DNA of 64,000 nt from an uncultured Victivallales bacterium (GTDB taxonomy: Bacteria; Verrucomicrobiota; Kiritimatiellia; UBA8416; CAYRKB01), in the NCBI GenBank assembly GCA_964424705.1, contig CAYRKB010000003.1, positions 1,956-65,955 of the forward strand. Direction: 5' to 3'. Below the pieces are notes generated by a model, which was not told the DNA's origin, ran no database searches, and saw only the letters and a program-made list of their open reading frames with translations. Positions 50,136-60,335 of the stretch are shown piece by piece; position 1 is the first letter of the stretch; each line of letters begins with the position of its first letter. Made by a program: the position numbers and the translations under genes.

Positions 50136-50339
50136 TCACTGCCCTTTCTTCTGATCGCCAGCGGTAGTTTCCCTGTACATCAAAGGCCGCAGCAGAAAAG
50201 GCGCGACAACCATCAGCGCCACCGTGCACACCGCCCGCCCCGTGACTCCATTGCCCAGCCAAAGATATGTTCCTTCACATATCCCGTACACAATTACAGC
50301 CGACATCAAAAGCCAGAGAATCACTTTCACCGCACGCAT
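50136..50339 (-). CDS. Small two-TM membrane protein, hypothetical
   Basis: 67-aa ORF with two hydrophobic helices (VILWLLMSAVIVYGI; VCTVALMVVAPFLL). Abuts repeat copy B. Weak evidence. Confidence 0.25.
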   Translation of the reverse strand: MRAVKVILWLLMSAVIVYGICEGTYLWLGNGVTGRAVCTVALMVVAPFLLRPLMYRETTAGDQKKGQ

Positions 50340-50700
50340 AAAGCTCCCGCCTCCTCACCCATTTATGGGTTACCAGTTACATACTGAATAAGTTTCTTCC
50401 CGATATCAGTATTGTCCTTGAGCCCGCCCAGCTCTGCAGATCCAGGCCCGAACGCGAACAGAGGTTGCAGCGGTGTGTTGACCATTTCAAAGGGTTCGCG
50501 GACTCATATGTCCTTACCCGTGATCCCACGGTCAATGAATTCCTTGATGATCTCAATGCCATTGCCGCTGGCAAACGTGCGTACTTGGTCCTGCTGGATC
50601 TCAACGCTATTCTCCTGTCTGTCTTGTGCGTAATCCGTCACTGATACGTGCCGGACCAAAGGCGTTCCAGAAACACGGCCAGCCGCAGTGGGTGATCGAT

Positions 50701-52389
50701 TTAGGTTCTGTGTTTGCCGCCTGGTGCAACCTGCCTGAATGTCTCACCCAACTGCTTCAAGCCGGCCGAGCAGTCTCGGTCTGGCAGGCAGAGCTCTATC
50801 AAAAAGAGTTTATTGTGCTCTCTGGCGGCCCATTCCAGGGCCCGGCCCAACTCACCCTCAGTTGTCACCTTGATGCCCACGGCATAATCGCCGCCACCTA
50901 GCGCAGCAGGCAGGCCGGCATAGTTCCACATCTGGATATCGTTGTACGGGCCGTCCTCATGCAGCACCCGCTCAACAAGGTAGCCGTCATTGTTGATAAT
51001 CAGGATTATGGCAGGACAGCGCTGTCGTATTAGCGTGGACACTTCCTGGGCGGTCATCTGGAAAGCGCCGTCTCCGGTCAGTACAACAGGGCGCTTTCCG
51101 GGACGGGCCAACGCCACTCCCAGGGCAGCAGGGGTGCAGTATCCAATGGAAGAATAGTACGCCTGGACGATAAAGTTCTCGGGCTCCTCTATATGAAAAT
51201 CAAGGGCCGCGCAAAAGGCATCACCCGGCTCGGCAAGCAGGACCATAGTATCATCGAGGAAAGCGTCCAGTCGTTCGTACAGGCGAAGCGCTGTGAGTGT
51301 CTGCGTCGCAACAGGCGTAAACGTTGCCCTGCGGTTCTGTGACTCAACCGGATGCGAGTTCAGGTACGAACGGGGCTTTACGCTGGTCAACAGCCCGTGG
51401 ATAAAGTCGCCCAACTGCACGCTTGGATAGTAGTGGTCGCCAATATGCACCTGACCATTTGTAGCAACGATCATGCGACTGGCATCAAGATGGTCGCTGA
51501 ACAGCCCTGTATCAAGATCCGTCATCCAGGCTCCAAGCGACAGCAGGCAATCGGAACACTCGACTTGACGTCGGACCGCTTCCCGGCTCCACCCTCCCTG
51601 ATAAATGCCAATGAACTGGGGGTGGAGTTCCGGCAGCACGGATTTGCTGCTGAGCATGGTGGCAAAAGGAAGTTCCGCGGTTTCAACAAGCTGCAGCAAC
51701 CTGCCTCCCAGGCCGAAGCGCTGTAACTCTATGCCGGCCAGTATGACGGGGTTGTCAGCGCGGTCAATGCGAAGCAGCGCCTCTTTCAGGCAACTCTTCA
51801 GACTCTCCTCGTCGGAGTGCAGCGCGACGGAACCGGCAGGCGCAATTGGCTGGCGGCACGGCGCATGCGCCATGTCCGCGGGAAGCTCGAGGTAAACAGG
51901 AAGCTTGTGAAGAATCCCGTTACTGATCACCCTATCAATTTCATCAGGTGCGGCTATGGGATCGATGAGAATCGCCGCATCAACCGTCACTTTCTTGAAT
52001 ATATCCAGCTGCAAATAGTAATCGGTAACCAAGTGATGAACCAGTGCTCCCGCATCTCTGCGCCGGGCAGGTGGAGCGCCGCTGATGACTATCAGCGGGA
52101 CACGTTCGGAAAAGGCTCCCGCCACAGCGTTCAATATACTCAACCCGCCGACACAGTATGTTACCACGGCCGCACCGGCGCCGTTCAATCGTGCGTAGCC
52201 ATCGGCCGCGTAGCCTGCGTTCAACTCATTGCAGGTGCCGACCCACTGGATTGGACTGGCGATTACCTCGTCAAGAAAATCAAGGACATAATCGCCGGGC
52301 ACTCCGAACAGATGTCCAACACCCGCTTCCCGAAGGCGCTGGAGCAGATACCGGGATATGGTGCAGCTCTGTCCGCTGGTCTCCGTCAT
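50701..52389 (-). CDS. Thiamine-diphosphate-dependent 2-keto-acid decarboxylase (indolepyruvate/phenylpyruvate decarboxylase family)
   Basis: N-terminal Pyr domain (HLFGVPGDYVLDFLD), central domain, and C-terminal ThDP-binding GDGAF...NNDGY motif. Confidence 0.8.
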   Translation of the reverse strand: MTETSGQSCTISRYLLQRLREAGVGHLFGVPGDYVLDFLDEVIASPIQWVGTCNELNAGYAADGYARLNGAGAAVVTYCVGGLSILNAVAGAFSERVPLIVISGAPPARRRDAGALVHHLVTDYYLQLDIFKKVTVDAAILIDPIAAPDEIDRVISNGILHKLPVYLELPADMAHAPCRQPIAPAGSVALHSDEESLKSCLKEALLRIDRADNPVILAGIELQRFGLGGRLLQLVETAELPFATMLSSKSVLPELHPQFIGIYQGGWSREAVRRQVECSDCLLSLGAWMTDLDTGLFSDHLDASRMIVATNGQVHIGDHYYPSVQLGDFIHGLLTSVKPRSYLNSHPVESQNRRATFTPVATQTLTALRLYERLDAFLDDTMVLLAEPGDAFCAALDFHIEEPENFIVQAYYSSIGYCTPAALGVALARPGKRPVVLTGDGAFQMTAQEVSTLIRQRCPAIILIINNDGYLVERVLHEDGPYNDIQMWNYAGLPAALGGGDYAVGIKVTTEGELGRALEWAAREHNKLFLIELCLPDRDCSAGLKQLGETFRQVAPGGKHRT

Positions 52390-52463
52390 AAGGATACCTC
52401 CCGAGGCAGGTTCAAAGTATGCATCCTAGGCCTTCTCTCTAATGGCTGCTGTCCGCCGCTGTG

Positions 52464-52880
52464 TCAGACGCGCAGGAATGTCATCTGCAGAATATTTCTA
52501 TTGTTTTCCCGTCGATAGCTTACGCTGTCACACAAGGTGCGGATAAGATGAATTCCCAGTCCACCGACAGCACGATCCGTTGCATCCAGAGTTGTGTCAG
52601 GCTCAGGGAGTGATAGGACATTAAACGGACTTCCGCTGTCGGCGATTGCCAGCAAAAACGCATCGCCACTTGTCGTGCAGGAAATCTCAACGCTGCCCTT
52701 ACCACCAGTATAGGCGTAGTGGCAGATATTGACGAACGCTTCCTCAACTGCAACCAGCAGGCCCGATGTCCTCTTGGGTGCCAACCCACAGCGGCCGGCG
52801 CACTCCCCGACGAATGCGGTCAGTACGTTTAGATTTCCAAGGGTGGCCGCACAGGTCATTCTGTCCGGGCTGAGTTCCAT
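52464..52880 (-). CDS. Anti-sigma factor / serine-protein kinase of partner-switching module (RsbW/SpoIIAB-like GHKL ATPase)
   Basis: N-box EEAFVNICHYA, with DSGSPF and GGLGIHLIR G-boxes. About 139 aa. Start taken at MELSPDR, 2 nt downstream of the STAS gene stop. Confidence 0.7.
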   Translation of the reverse strand: MELSPDRMTCAATLGNLNVLTAFVGECAGRCGLAPKRTSGLLVAVEEAFVNICHYAYTGGKGSVEISCTTSGDAFLLAIADSGSPFNVLSLPEPDTTLDATDRAVGGLGIHLIRTLCDSVSYRRENNRNILQMTFLRV

Positions 52881-52881
52881 G

Positions 52882-53217
52882 TCAGACCAGCGTGGCCAGG
52901 GCCGCTGCCACAGAGTCATCCATCTTGAAGATCGAGCCGAACCCCGAGATGTCAAAAACCTCTTTGACCGTACCTTTGACATTGGCGCAACGTACCTGCC
53001 CGCCTTTCGCCTTGAGTTGCTTTGCGGTCATCAGCAGCACACGCAAACCTGCGCTGCTGATGTAATTCAGACCGTCAAAATCAAAGACTAGAGCGTTCGC
53101 GCCGCTGCTAATCAACTCGTTGAGCGCTTTCCCGCAGTCTGCCGCGGTTACAGCATCGAGTCTGCCAGTTACCGTGACAACGGTCGCGGCTGCTTCCTTC
53201 TCTGTCCGGATTTCCAT
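52882..53217 (-). CDS. STAS-domain anti-sigma-factor antagonist (RsbV/SpoIIAA-like)
   Basis: 111 aa. Contains DFDGLNYISSAGLRVLL with the conserved phosphorylatable Ser. Confidence 0.8.
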   Translation of the reverse strand: MEIRTEKEAAATVVTVTGRLDAVTAADCGKALNELISSGANALVFDFDGLNYISSAGLRVLLMTAKQLKAKGGQVRCANVKGTVKEVFDISGFGSIFKMDDSVAAALATLV

Positions 53218-53430
53218 GGTTAGCTCCCTTTTGCGATTCTTACTTCGTCGTGCTGTCGGTCTGTTTCAGCATTAGAGTCACCCCGTTATTGCCATTCACT
53301 CGCCGGAACTCCATACTTTCCGTCAGCTTCGGGATAGCGTTAAGTCCCAGCTGATCCGATGTTAGTAAGTGACTAATGCGCTTGACTATGCCAGACGCCA
53401 CGGAAGATGTCCAGATCACCATCACAACGG

Positions 53431-53622
53431 GCGCTTGTGAGTTCCGGGGAGTTGTCCGTTCAGGCGCGTTGTTGTACCTCCGCGACGAGGGCGTCGCGAC
53501 TCCAGAAGCAAGCCGGGAGCGACAACGGGCAACTCCGACTGGAGATGCGGCGACCCCGCCGCGTTCTCTCCGGGCTTCGCCGCATCTCCCCCGGGCGGCG
53601 ATCCCCGGAACTCACATGCGCC
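53431..53622 (+). mobile_element. MITE-like element copy 4
   Basis: Same TIRs (one mismatch, gcgcTtgtgag). Flanked by atcacaac/ctcacaac near-identical 8-bp duplications. Lies between the rsbV-like start and the SBP gene. Confidence 0.8.
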
Positions 53623-53964
53623 CCCCTCACAACCATCTGAACCGTGAGCTCCAATGGGGCGGAAGAGGGGATCCCGTTCCTGCCGCGAGCGGCTACTCCC
53701 GGCCGAAACGGCTTTGCCGCTTACGTAGGGACTAGTCTCCGCGCCTTCGTGTCCCGCGTTAGGTCCTCCAGGCGAGAGGTGCACTCCTTGTAACGGGGTA
53801 GATGCCGATCTGAGCGCCCGTGATGCATTGCTGAATGCGCTGCATACTTGCTATTGGAGCGGCAGCTGTGCTATTAGGCTCCAAACGGCACGCGCTAGCC
53901 ACATCCGTGTGCGACCATCATTAGCGGCTATGTGTTTGTGCCAACAAAAGAGGGGGTAGTTATT

Positions 53965-54753
53965 ATGCCGCGCGGAATTGTTGCAATGTTATGCATCAGT
54001 GTAAGTTGTATTGTTGCCTTCATCAATACCGGCTGCAGCAAGAGAGAGATGATTACACAACTCCAACAATTGGACGGGAAAGAGTTTGCTGTCCCCACAG
54101 GAACCGCAGCCGACAAACTGGTATTATCCAGATTTCCCAATGCGAAGTTCAAGTACTTCAACAGTGTGATGGACGCCGCCTTGGCAGTAAAGACCGGGAA
54201 GGCCGATGCAGCGGCCTATGACGAACCCATTCTGAAGAACATTGCAGCAAACAACAGCGGGCTTACCGTCCTGCCGGAGATGATAACAATCGATAACTAC
54301 GGCTTTGCCGTGCAACAGAACAACCAACTGTTGAAGGCTAGCATTGATCTCGTTATAAGTGAGCTACATAAGAATGGCGGATATGATGCCATGCTGCTGC
54401 GTTGGCTCCCCAAGACAGGGCGCCCTGGCGTCATGCCGGAAATTGTGTCAAGTGGAAGCAAGGGTGTTTTAAGGCTCGGAACGGCGGCGGTAACTGAGCC
54501 GTTCTCATTTGTAGATGGCTCTCAGCAAATCGTCGGTCTGGACATCGAAGTGGCAGGTTATGTCGCCCGACAACTTGATATGACACTTGAGATCGTCAAC
54601 ATGGATTTCGGTGCAATGATCCCGGCGCTGATGGCTGGCAAAGTGGACATGATTGGAGCCTGCATCACCATTACCGGGGAGCGGGCACAAAAGGTGCTAT
54701 TTTCCGAGCCGTATTATACAGGGGGGATTGCTGCTCTAGTCAGGGAAAAGTAA
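53965..54753 (+). CDS. Amino-acid ABC transporter substrate-binding lipoprotein (apparently permuted or truncated SBD)
   Basis: Lipobox NTGC. The sequence reads as an SBP C-lobe-like segment followed by an N-lobe (GVLRLGTAAVTEPFSFVDGSQQIVGLDIEVAGYVARQL...GKVDMIGACITIT), ending at the usual hinge position. Confidence 0.55.
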   Translation: MPRGIVAMLCISVSCIVAFINTGCSKREMITQLQQLDGKEFAVPTGTAADKLVLSRFPNAKFKYFNSVMDAALAVKTGKADAAAYDEPILKNIAANNSGLTVLPEMITIDNYGFAVQQNNQLLKASIDLVISELHKNGGYDAMLLRWLPKTGRPGVMPEIVSSGSKGVLRLGTAAVTEPFSFVDGSQQIVGLDIEVAGYVARQLDMTLEIVNMDFGAMIPALMAGKVDMIGACITITGERAQKVLFSEPYYTGGIAALVREK

Positions 54754-54952
54754 CCCGGGCCTGTGTTCATAGAGTTTCCAGGGACGCGCAAGGATCATTG
54801 TCTCCGGGTTTCTCAGGCTCTGGTGAGGTTACAGCCTCTGAGAGCCTGCCAGTGGCCGCTACAATGGTTGCGGCTGCTTGCTTCTTTGTTTGGCTGTTCA
54901 TGGTCGGCCTTCTTTTCGCTCTTGCTCCAGCGCGCCGTCGATCGTGTAACCG

Positions 54953-56056
54953 TCACCGGACGCTTACGGCCTGTCGCATCATTAGCGTCACCCTGTTACA
55001 GCCATTGACCCGCTGGTACTCAATACTGTCTGTCAGGCTGTTGATAATGCTCAGCCCCAGCTCATCAGGCAGAAGATCCTTGTCAAGCGGGTTCAGTTCG
55101 GCCCCCGTGCTTTCGAAGGCAAGCTCCAGGCTCTTTTTCTTTTCAGAATAGGCAAGTGTCAGATCAAGGCGTGCCGAGGGGAGATAGGGGTTGTAAATCT
55201 GGAGCAGCTCCTCCACCAATAGCAGCAGATCGGATCTGGTCTTGCGCGGCAATATCTGCTTTTCGCAAAACGCTTCAATTTCCGAGTTCAGGGCATAGAG
55301 ATCATATTCCGGCGAACAGATCTGATAATGGAAGCTGCGAGTCCTTTGGATAAACGCCTTCGTTTTCACTTTATGAGGATTGTCAAATATCTGCTGCGGC
55401 GTGCCCTCTTCATAGATCAGCCCCTCATCCATGTATAAGATGCGGCTGGCGACGTCACGGGCAAAATCCATTTCGTGGGTGACAATCACCATGGTCATCC
55501 CTTCTTTGGTGAGGCGCCGGATCACCGAGAGGACTTCACTCACCATGGTCGGATCAAGTGCCGAAGTCGGCTCGTCAAACAGGATGATTTCTGGATCCAT
55601 GGCCAGACAGCGCGCAATGGCCACGCGCTGTTTTTGCCCGCCGGAAAGCTCGTCCGGGTAGTTGTCGGCCTTCTCAGCCAATCCTACCAACTTGAGAAGG
55701 TCCCGCGCTTTGACCTCCGCATCCTTCGCGCTCATCCCTTTCAATTTGACCGGACCAAGCGTCAGGTTGTCCAGTACGCAAAGGTGGGAAAACAGATTGA
55801 AAGACTGGAAGACCATGTTCATCTTTTGGCGTAGCTTCGGCACATCCGTATTCTTGCCGAGCATGTCGACTCCGTCAACACGGATGGAGCCGCCGCTCGG
55901 ATGATCCAGGAGATTGAGGCAGCGCAGGAAGGTGCTCTTGCCGGTGCCGGAGGGGCCGATGATGGCGATAACCTCTCCTTTGTGAATTTCGATGGAGATG
56001 TCCTTCAGGACGCTCAAATCCCCATATTGTTTCGAGAGATGTTCCACCGCTATCAT
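54953..56056 (-). CDS. Amino-acid ABC transporter ATP-binding protein (GlnQ/HisP-like) with C-terminal RsbW-like (GHKL-fold) extension
   Basis: Walker [10 protein letters not shown], signature [15 protein letters not shown], and Walker [12 protein letters not shown]. The C-terminal ~120 aa ([15 protein letters not shown]...[27 protein letters not shown]) align with the RsbW-like protein at 52464-52880. Confidence 0.8.
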   Translation of the reverse strand: MIAVEHLSKQYGDLSVLKDISIEIHKGEVIAIIGPSGTGKSTFLRCLNLLDHPSGGSIRVDGVDMLGKNTDVPKLRQKMNMVFQSFNLFSHLCVLDNLTLGPVKLKGMSAKDAEVKARDLLKLVGLAEKADNYPDELSGGQKQRVAIARCLAMDPEIILFDEPTSALDPTMVSEVLSVIRRLTKEGMTMVIVTHEMDFARDVASRILYMDEGLIYEEGTPQQIFDNPHKVKTKAFIQRTRSFHYQICSPEYDLYALNSEIEAFCEKQILPRKTRSDLLLLVEELLQIYNPYLPSARLDLTLAYSEKKKSLELAFESTGAELNPLDKDLLPDELGLSIINSLTDSIEYQRVNGCNRVTLMMRQAVSVR

Positions 56057-58368
56057 ATCGCGGCCCTCTTTCTTCGTCTCTGTCTCGGGTCGGTCCGACG
56101 CTCAAGATATTCCAGCCCCTGCATCAGGAACCACGATACCGCGAAGTAGAGTATCGCCACCATGACCAGCGGAAAAAAAGCGTCAAAGGTTCGACTGCGG
56201 ATGATGTCGCTCGCCTTGGTCAGATCCTGTACGGCGATGTAGCCGACAATGGACGTCATTTTGACCAGCGATATGAATTCGCCCTTGAATACCGGCAGAA
56301 TACGCCGCACGGTCTGCGGGAGCACAATATGGAGAAACGTGGACACCTTGGTGAACCCTAGCGAGTGTCCGGCTTCCGCCTGCCCCCGGTCCACACTCTC
56401 GACGCCGGTTCTGAATATTTCCGCCGAATAGGCCGCAAAGTTCATCCCGAAGGCGATGACGGCAACGAGCACGGGGTTGATATTGATTGAGGCGAAGACG
56501 ACGTAGAAAAGAATCATTAGCAGCACCAGCACCGGAACACCGCGCAGGACCGAAATGTAAATTGCGGCCGGCAGATTGAGCGAAGCTCTTTTCGACATGC
56601 GCATAAAACAGACCAGTGCCCCAAGCAAGGTTCCGAACCCCGCCGCCAGTACGGAAATTACAACCGTGGTCTTGAGGCCGTCAAGAATGAGCAGATAGCG
56701 GTCTTCCTGTATGATATTGCTCTGGAAGCTGTTGGCTATGCCCTTGAAGAAGGATGTCGTGGTGGGCGCTGAATCTGCCGCCACTACAGTACCGGCAATA
56801 CGTTCCTTAAGGGCAAAGAAGGTGGCGTTAAGATCATAATAGATATCCGAAAAATCGATCTTTTGCTTTCGTTCCTCGGTCATCATCAAGGTGCTGGCAA
56901 TCATGTCAATCTTGCCAGCTAAAAGCGCAGCAATGAGACTGCCAAACTCCATGTCCTCAAATTGGATTTCTTTCCCGATGGAGGCCGCGAATCTTTGGGC
57001 GAGCTCAATGTCAAATCCGATCAACCGGTTATCCTTGACCACGGTAAAAGGAAGACCCTTGTCGCTCACATTGCCAACAACCAGTACGCCGTCGGTTTTC
57101 CCGTGGGCAATCTCCGGCATGTGCAAGCTGCCGTTTGTTATCCAGCGGTTGACCATGTCATCGTATACGCCGCTTTGCTTAATCAGACGCAGGAATTGGT
57201 TGAATTGGCTGCGGAAGCGATCGTCGCCCTTGTTAAACCCCATGCCCAGGTGTGAGACAAACAATGAGTCCCCCAGGAGTCCCAATGCGCTGTCATCGTG
57301 GAGAATGACAATCATTGATTCTCGGATGTACATGCCCGCATCCACCTTCCCCGACTTCACGGCCAGGATCAGGTCGGAGGGCGATTTGTATTGGAGAATC
57401 GTGGCCCTCTTAAAATGTTCCATTGCATATGTATCGTGAACTGTACCGAGCAGCACGCCGATCCGTTTATCACTGAGATCGGCCGCCGAGGTGAGTGTTG
57501 TCCCGCGGGCCTGATTAACGAGCGCCGAGCCGGGAGCAGGCTGAGTGGATCGTCTTACCAAGGCGGAAGTATCGTTTCTGATATAGGACTGCGAAAAGCT
57601 GACCAGTTTCTTCCGCTCTTCCGTAACATTGAAGTTCGAAAACGCGAAATCTATCTTTCCTGATTGCAGTGCAGGAATCAGGGCTTCAAAAGTCATGTCA
57701 ATGATTTCGATCTGTTTCCCGAGGCGCAAGCCTATCATCCGGCCAAGTTCAATATCCAGACCGGTAAGAATGCCATCTGCTTGAAACGAAAACGGTTCGT
57801 CTGTGGCGCAGGTCCCCATTCTAAGCACGCCCGTGGTATTAGTGTTGATGATGTCCGGCAGCGGTGGTGTTGCCTCATAATTGGAATCCACCCATTTGTC
57901 TCTCAGCCGTTGCAAGACTCCTTCCGATGTCAGATCCTGCAGCGCACGGTTCACTTCAGAAAGCAGCGCCGTATTGTCCTTGTTTATAGCCGCCGCGACG
58001 TCAAGGCTATCTAACGGCTGGTCAAGAATGACCAGTTCCGGGTTCTTCTTGACTAGTTTCATCAATACGATTCTGTCAAAAACAAAGGCGTCTGTCTTTT
58101 TGCCCTTGATCGCCAAAACAGCATCTGCTGGAGCGTTCAGCACCTGAAAAACGGCGTGGGGAAACCGCTGCCGGGCCGCCAGGTCGCCCGACGACCCCGA
58201 CAGGACGCATATCCTCTTGCCATCGAGTTGCTCCAACTGTGAGATGGCGTCCTTTGGGTTTGAAGCGGGGTCATCAAAACTGGTTATGGGGCGCTCATGC
58301 CGGCTGCAGCCGGCAATGCTCGTCACAACTACCACACAGGCGAATGTGTTTAGAAACGTGATTTTCAT
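56053..58368 (-). CDS. Fused amino-acid ABC transporter: tandem periplasmic substrate-binding domains + permease (GlnP-like SBD-SBD-TMD)
   Basis: Lipobox IAGC. Repeated SBP type-3 regions follow (three N-lobe-like segments GVLRMGT..., RIGVLLGT..., GVLVVGN...). The C-terminal HisM/GlnP permease carries the EAA-like loop ...[15 protein letters not shown]. Its stop overlaps the ATPase gene start. Confidence 0.8.
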   Translation of the reverse strand: MKITFLNTFACVVVVTSIAGCSRHERPITSFDDPASNPKDAISQLEQLDGKRICVLSGSSGDLAARQRFPHAVFQVLNAPADAVLAIKGKKTDAFVFDRIVLMKLVKKNPELVILDQPLDSLDVAAAINKDNTALLSEVNRALQDLTSEGVLQRLRDKWVDSNYEATPPLPDIINTNTTGVLRMGTCATDEPFSFQADGILTGLDIELGRMIGLRLGKQIEIIDMTFEALIPALQSGKIDFAFSNFNVTEERKKLVSFSQSYIRNDTSALVRRSTQPAPGSALVNQARGTTLTSAADLSDKRIGVLLGTVHDTYAMEHFKRATILQYKSPSDLILAVKSGKVDAGMYIRESMIVILHDDSALGLLGDSLFVSHLGMGFNKGDDRFRSQFNQFLRLIKQSGVYDDMVNRWITNGSLHMPEIAHGKTDGVLVVGNVSDKGLPFTVVKDNRLIGFDIELAQRFAASIGKEIQFEDMEFGSLIAALLAGKIDMIASTLMMTEERKQKIDFSDIYYDLNATFFALKERIAGTVVAADSAPTTTSFFKGIANSFQSNIIQEDRYLLILDGLKTTVVISVLAAGFGTLLGALVCFMRMSKRASLNLPAAIYISVLRGVPVLVLLMILFYVVFASININPVLVAVIAFGMNFAAYSAEIFRTGVESVDRGQAEAGHSLGFTKVSTFLHIVLPQTVRRILPVFKGEFISLVKMTSIVGYIAVQDLTKASDIIRSRTFDAFFPLVMVAILYFAVSWFLMQGLEYLERRTDPRQRRRKRAAI

Positions 58369-58391
58369 GGTTATCGCTTTTGCTGTGTGCT

Positions 58392-60335
58392 TTAAACTCC
58401 CCTATATGTAATCGCGAGCATGGTGACATCGTCGGACTGCGGGGCCCCATTGGCGTGCCGTTGGACGTCGACACGGATATGGTGAACCATCTCCGCAAGC
58501 TTTCCCCGGGGCCCGTTCTGCAGAGCCGCGAGCAGTTGCCGTTCGCCATAGAGTTCATCTGCAGAATTGGCCGCCTCGGTCACGCCATCGGTATAGAGGA
58601 AAAGGGTGTCGCCCGGTTGTAGGGTGAGCTGTTCGGGGTCAAAAACCCGGTCCTCCATAGGGCCCAGCACAAATCCCGCCTTCGGCGTCATGTACTGTAT
58701 TCCGCGGGCGTCGATAATCAACGGCGGGTTATGGCCCGCATTAGAATACCGCACGACGCCGGTCCGGGTATCGAGAATGGCGCAGAACACCGTGGCAAAC
58801 ATGCAGGTGTCATTGTCGGCCGCAAGAACATTGTTTACGCAGGAAAGGATCTGGCCAGGTTCGCCCAGGCGTTGCCCCTCTGATTTCAACAGGGTCTTTG
58901 TCACCATCATGTACAGGGCCGCCGGCACCCCCTTGCCGGCCACGTCGGCAATCAGGAAGCAAAGGTTGTTGTCATCAACAAAGAAGAAATCGTAGAAATC
59001 GCCGCCCACTTCTTTCGCCGGATCCATGGAGGCAAAAATGTCGAATTCGGAACGGTGCGGGAAAGCGGGAAACAAGCGGGGCAGCAGGCTGGCCTGGATA
59101 TCGGTGGCCACGTTGAGCTCGCTCTGGATGCGCTCCTTGGCGGCAGTAGTCTCGGTCAGATTCCTAATGTACTCCTTCAGCGATTCCGTCATGACCTGAA
59201 AGCTGCGAGAAAGCACGCCGACCTCATCATTCGAGCGTACCGCGGGCAGTGTCAGATCGAATGTGCCCGAGGCAATCACATGCGTCGCCGCCGCCAGTGA
59301 TCGGAGGGGCTGGGTGATGGAACGGGCAATGAACACCACTGCCAACGTAAGCAACAGGATTCCCGCCAGCCCCATACTTGCCATGGTGATGCTAAGAGAT
59401 CTGACATTCTCGAGAAGTTCCTTCTCGGGGAACACCACCGCAATGGTCCACCCCGCCGACTGGACTGGCGCATAATACATCCAGCTTCTGACGCCAACGA
59501 GGCTCTTGTAGAGAATGAAACCTGACTCTCCCCTGACCATTTTCCTGCCCAATGTCCTTAGGTGTGGATCATTACGAGCTTCTGCGATGCTAAAGAAGGT
59601 TTCGTTCATGATGGCGTCTTTGAGCGGATGGGCGAGCACCATGCCGTTTCGTGAGAGCAGGGCGGCGTAACCGGTTCGAAGTATCTTGATGGATGAGATC
59701 AGTTGTGTCAGCGAATCAAGCGCGATGTCGGCAGTCACAATCCCTTTAAGGCGCCTCTCTCCGCTAATCTCCCCGTAAAAGGGGGCTGAACAGGTAGACA
59801 TGGCAATATTGCCCGCCCCCTCGTCGAAGTACGGTTCACTCCATTCAGTCTTGCCCAACGCTTTCGGAATTTGATACCAGTCCCAGTTTGGATAGGGAAC
59901 AAACTTGTACGAGTCCTCCAGGCGGCAGAAGGCGATCTTCCCTTTGTCGCGATAATAATAGGGGGCATACAGGCAGGATTCGGCCTTGAAGGCGAATGGC
60001 TCAAAGGCAACGCCAGAGCCGCATATTTCCGGAGTCTTTTCGACCGTGGTTCTGATCAGAGAATGGAGTTCTTCCTCCGAATATCGGCCGGTTTCAAGTG
60101 CACGAGCGACCCCTTCCGTTATCTTGGCAACCGCGGTAAGCTCCGTCTCCACCCGGTTGACCAGCGACATGGCCAGGTTACGCGCATTACCTTCCAGCTC
60201 TTTCTCCAGAATGAGGCGGGAGTGGTAATAGTTATATCCGAGCGTCACGGCAAAGATGAGCGAACTGCAGAGCGTGATAACCAGGACCAGTCTGAGGAAG
60301 ATGCTATTGTGTCCCGGCATCAGCCCTCCCGGCAA
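58392..60335 (-). CDS. Membrane-bound PP2C-family phosphatase (SpoIIE/RsbU-like) with periplasmic Cache-type sensor and HAMP domain
   Basis: TM1, a ~270-aa periplasmic domain, TM2, and HAMP (SLAAATHVIASGTFDL). The PP2C/SpoIIE region is VGGDFYDFFFVDDNNLCFLIADVAGKGVPAAL...YTDGVTEA...SDDVTML. Confidence 0.8.
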   Translation of the reverse strand: MPGGLMPGHNSIFLRLVLVITLCSSLIFAVTLGYNYYHSRLILEKELEGNARNLAMSLVNRVETELTAVAKITEGVARALETGRYSEEELHSLIRTTVEKTPEICGSGVAFEPFAFKAESCLYAPYYYRDKGKIAFCRLEDSYKFVPYPNWDWYQIPKALGKTEWSEPYFDEGAGNIAMSTCSAPFYGEISGERRLKGIVTADIALDSLTQLISSIKILRTGYAALLSRNGMVLAHPLKDAIMNETFFSIAEARNDPHLRTLGRKMVRGESGFILYKSLVGVRSWMYYAPVQSAGWTIAVVFPEKELLENVRSLSITMASMGLAGILLLTLAVVFIARSITQPLRSLAAATHVIASGTFDLTLPAVRSNDEVGVLSRSFQVMTESLKEYIRNLTETTAAKERIQSELNVATDIQASLLPRLFPAFPHRSEFDIFASMDPAKEVGGDFYDFFFVDDNNLCFLIADVAGKGVPAALYMMVTKTLLKSEGQRLGEPGQILSCVNNVLAADNDTCMFATVFCAILDTRTGVVRYSNAGHNPPLIIDARGIQYMTPKAGFVLGPMEDRVFDPEQLTLQPGDTLFLYTDGVTEAANSADELYGERQLLAALQNGPRGKLAEMVHHIRVDVQRHANGAPQSDDVTMLAITYRGV

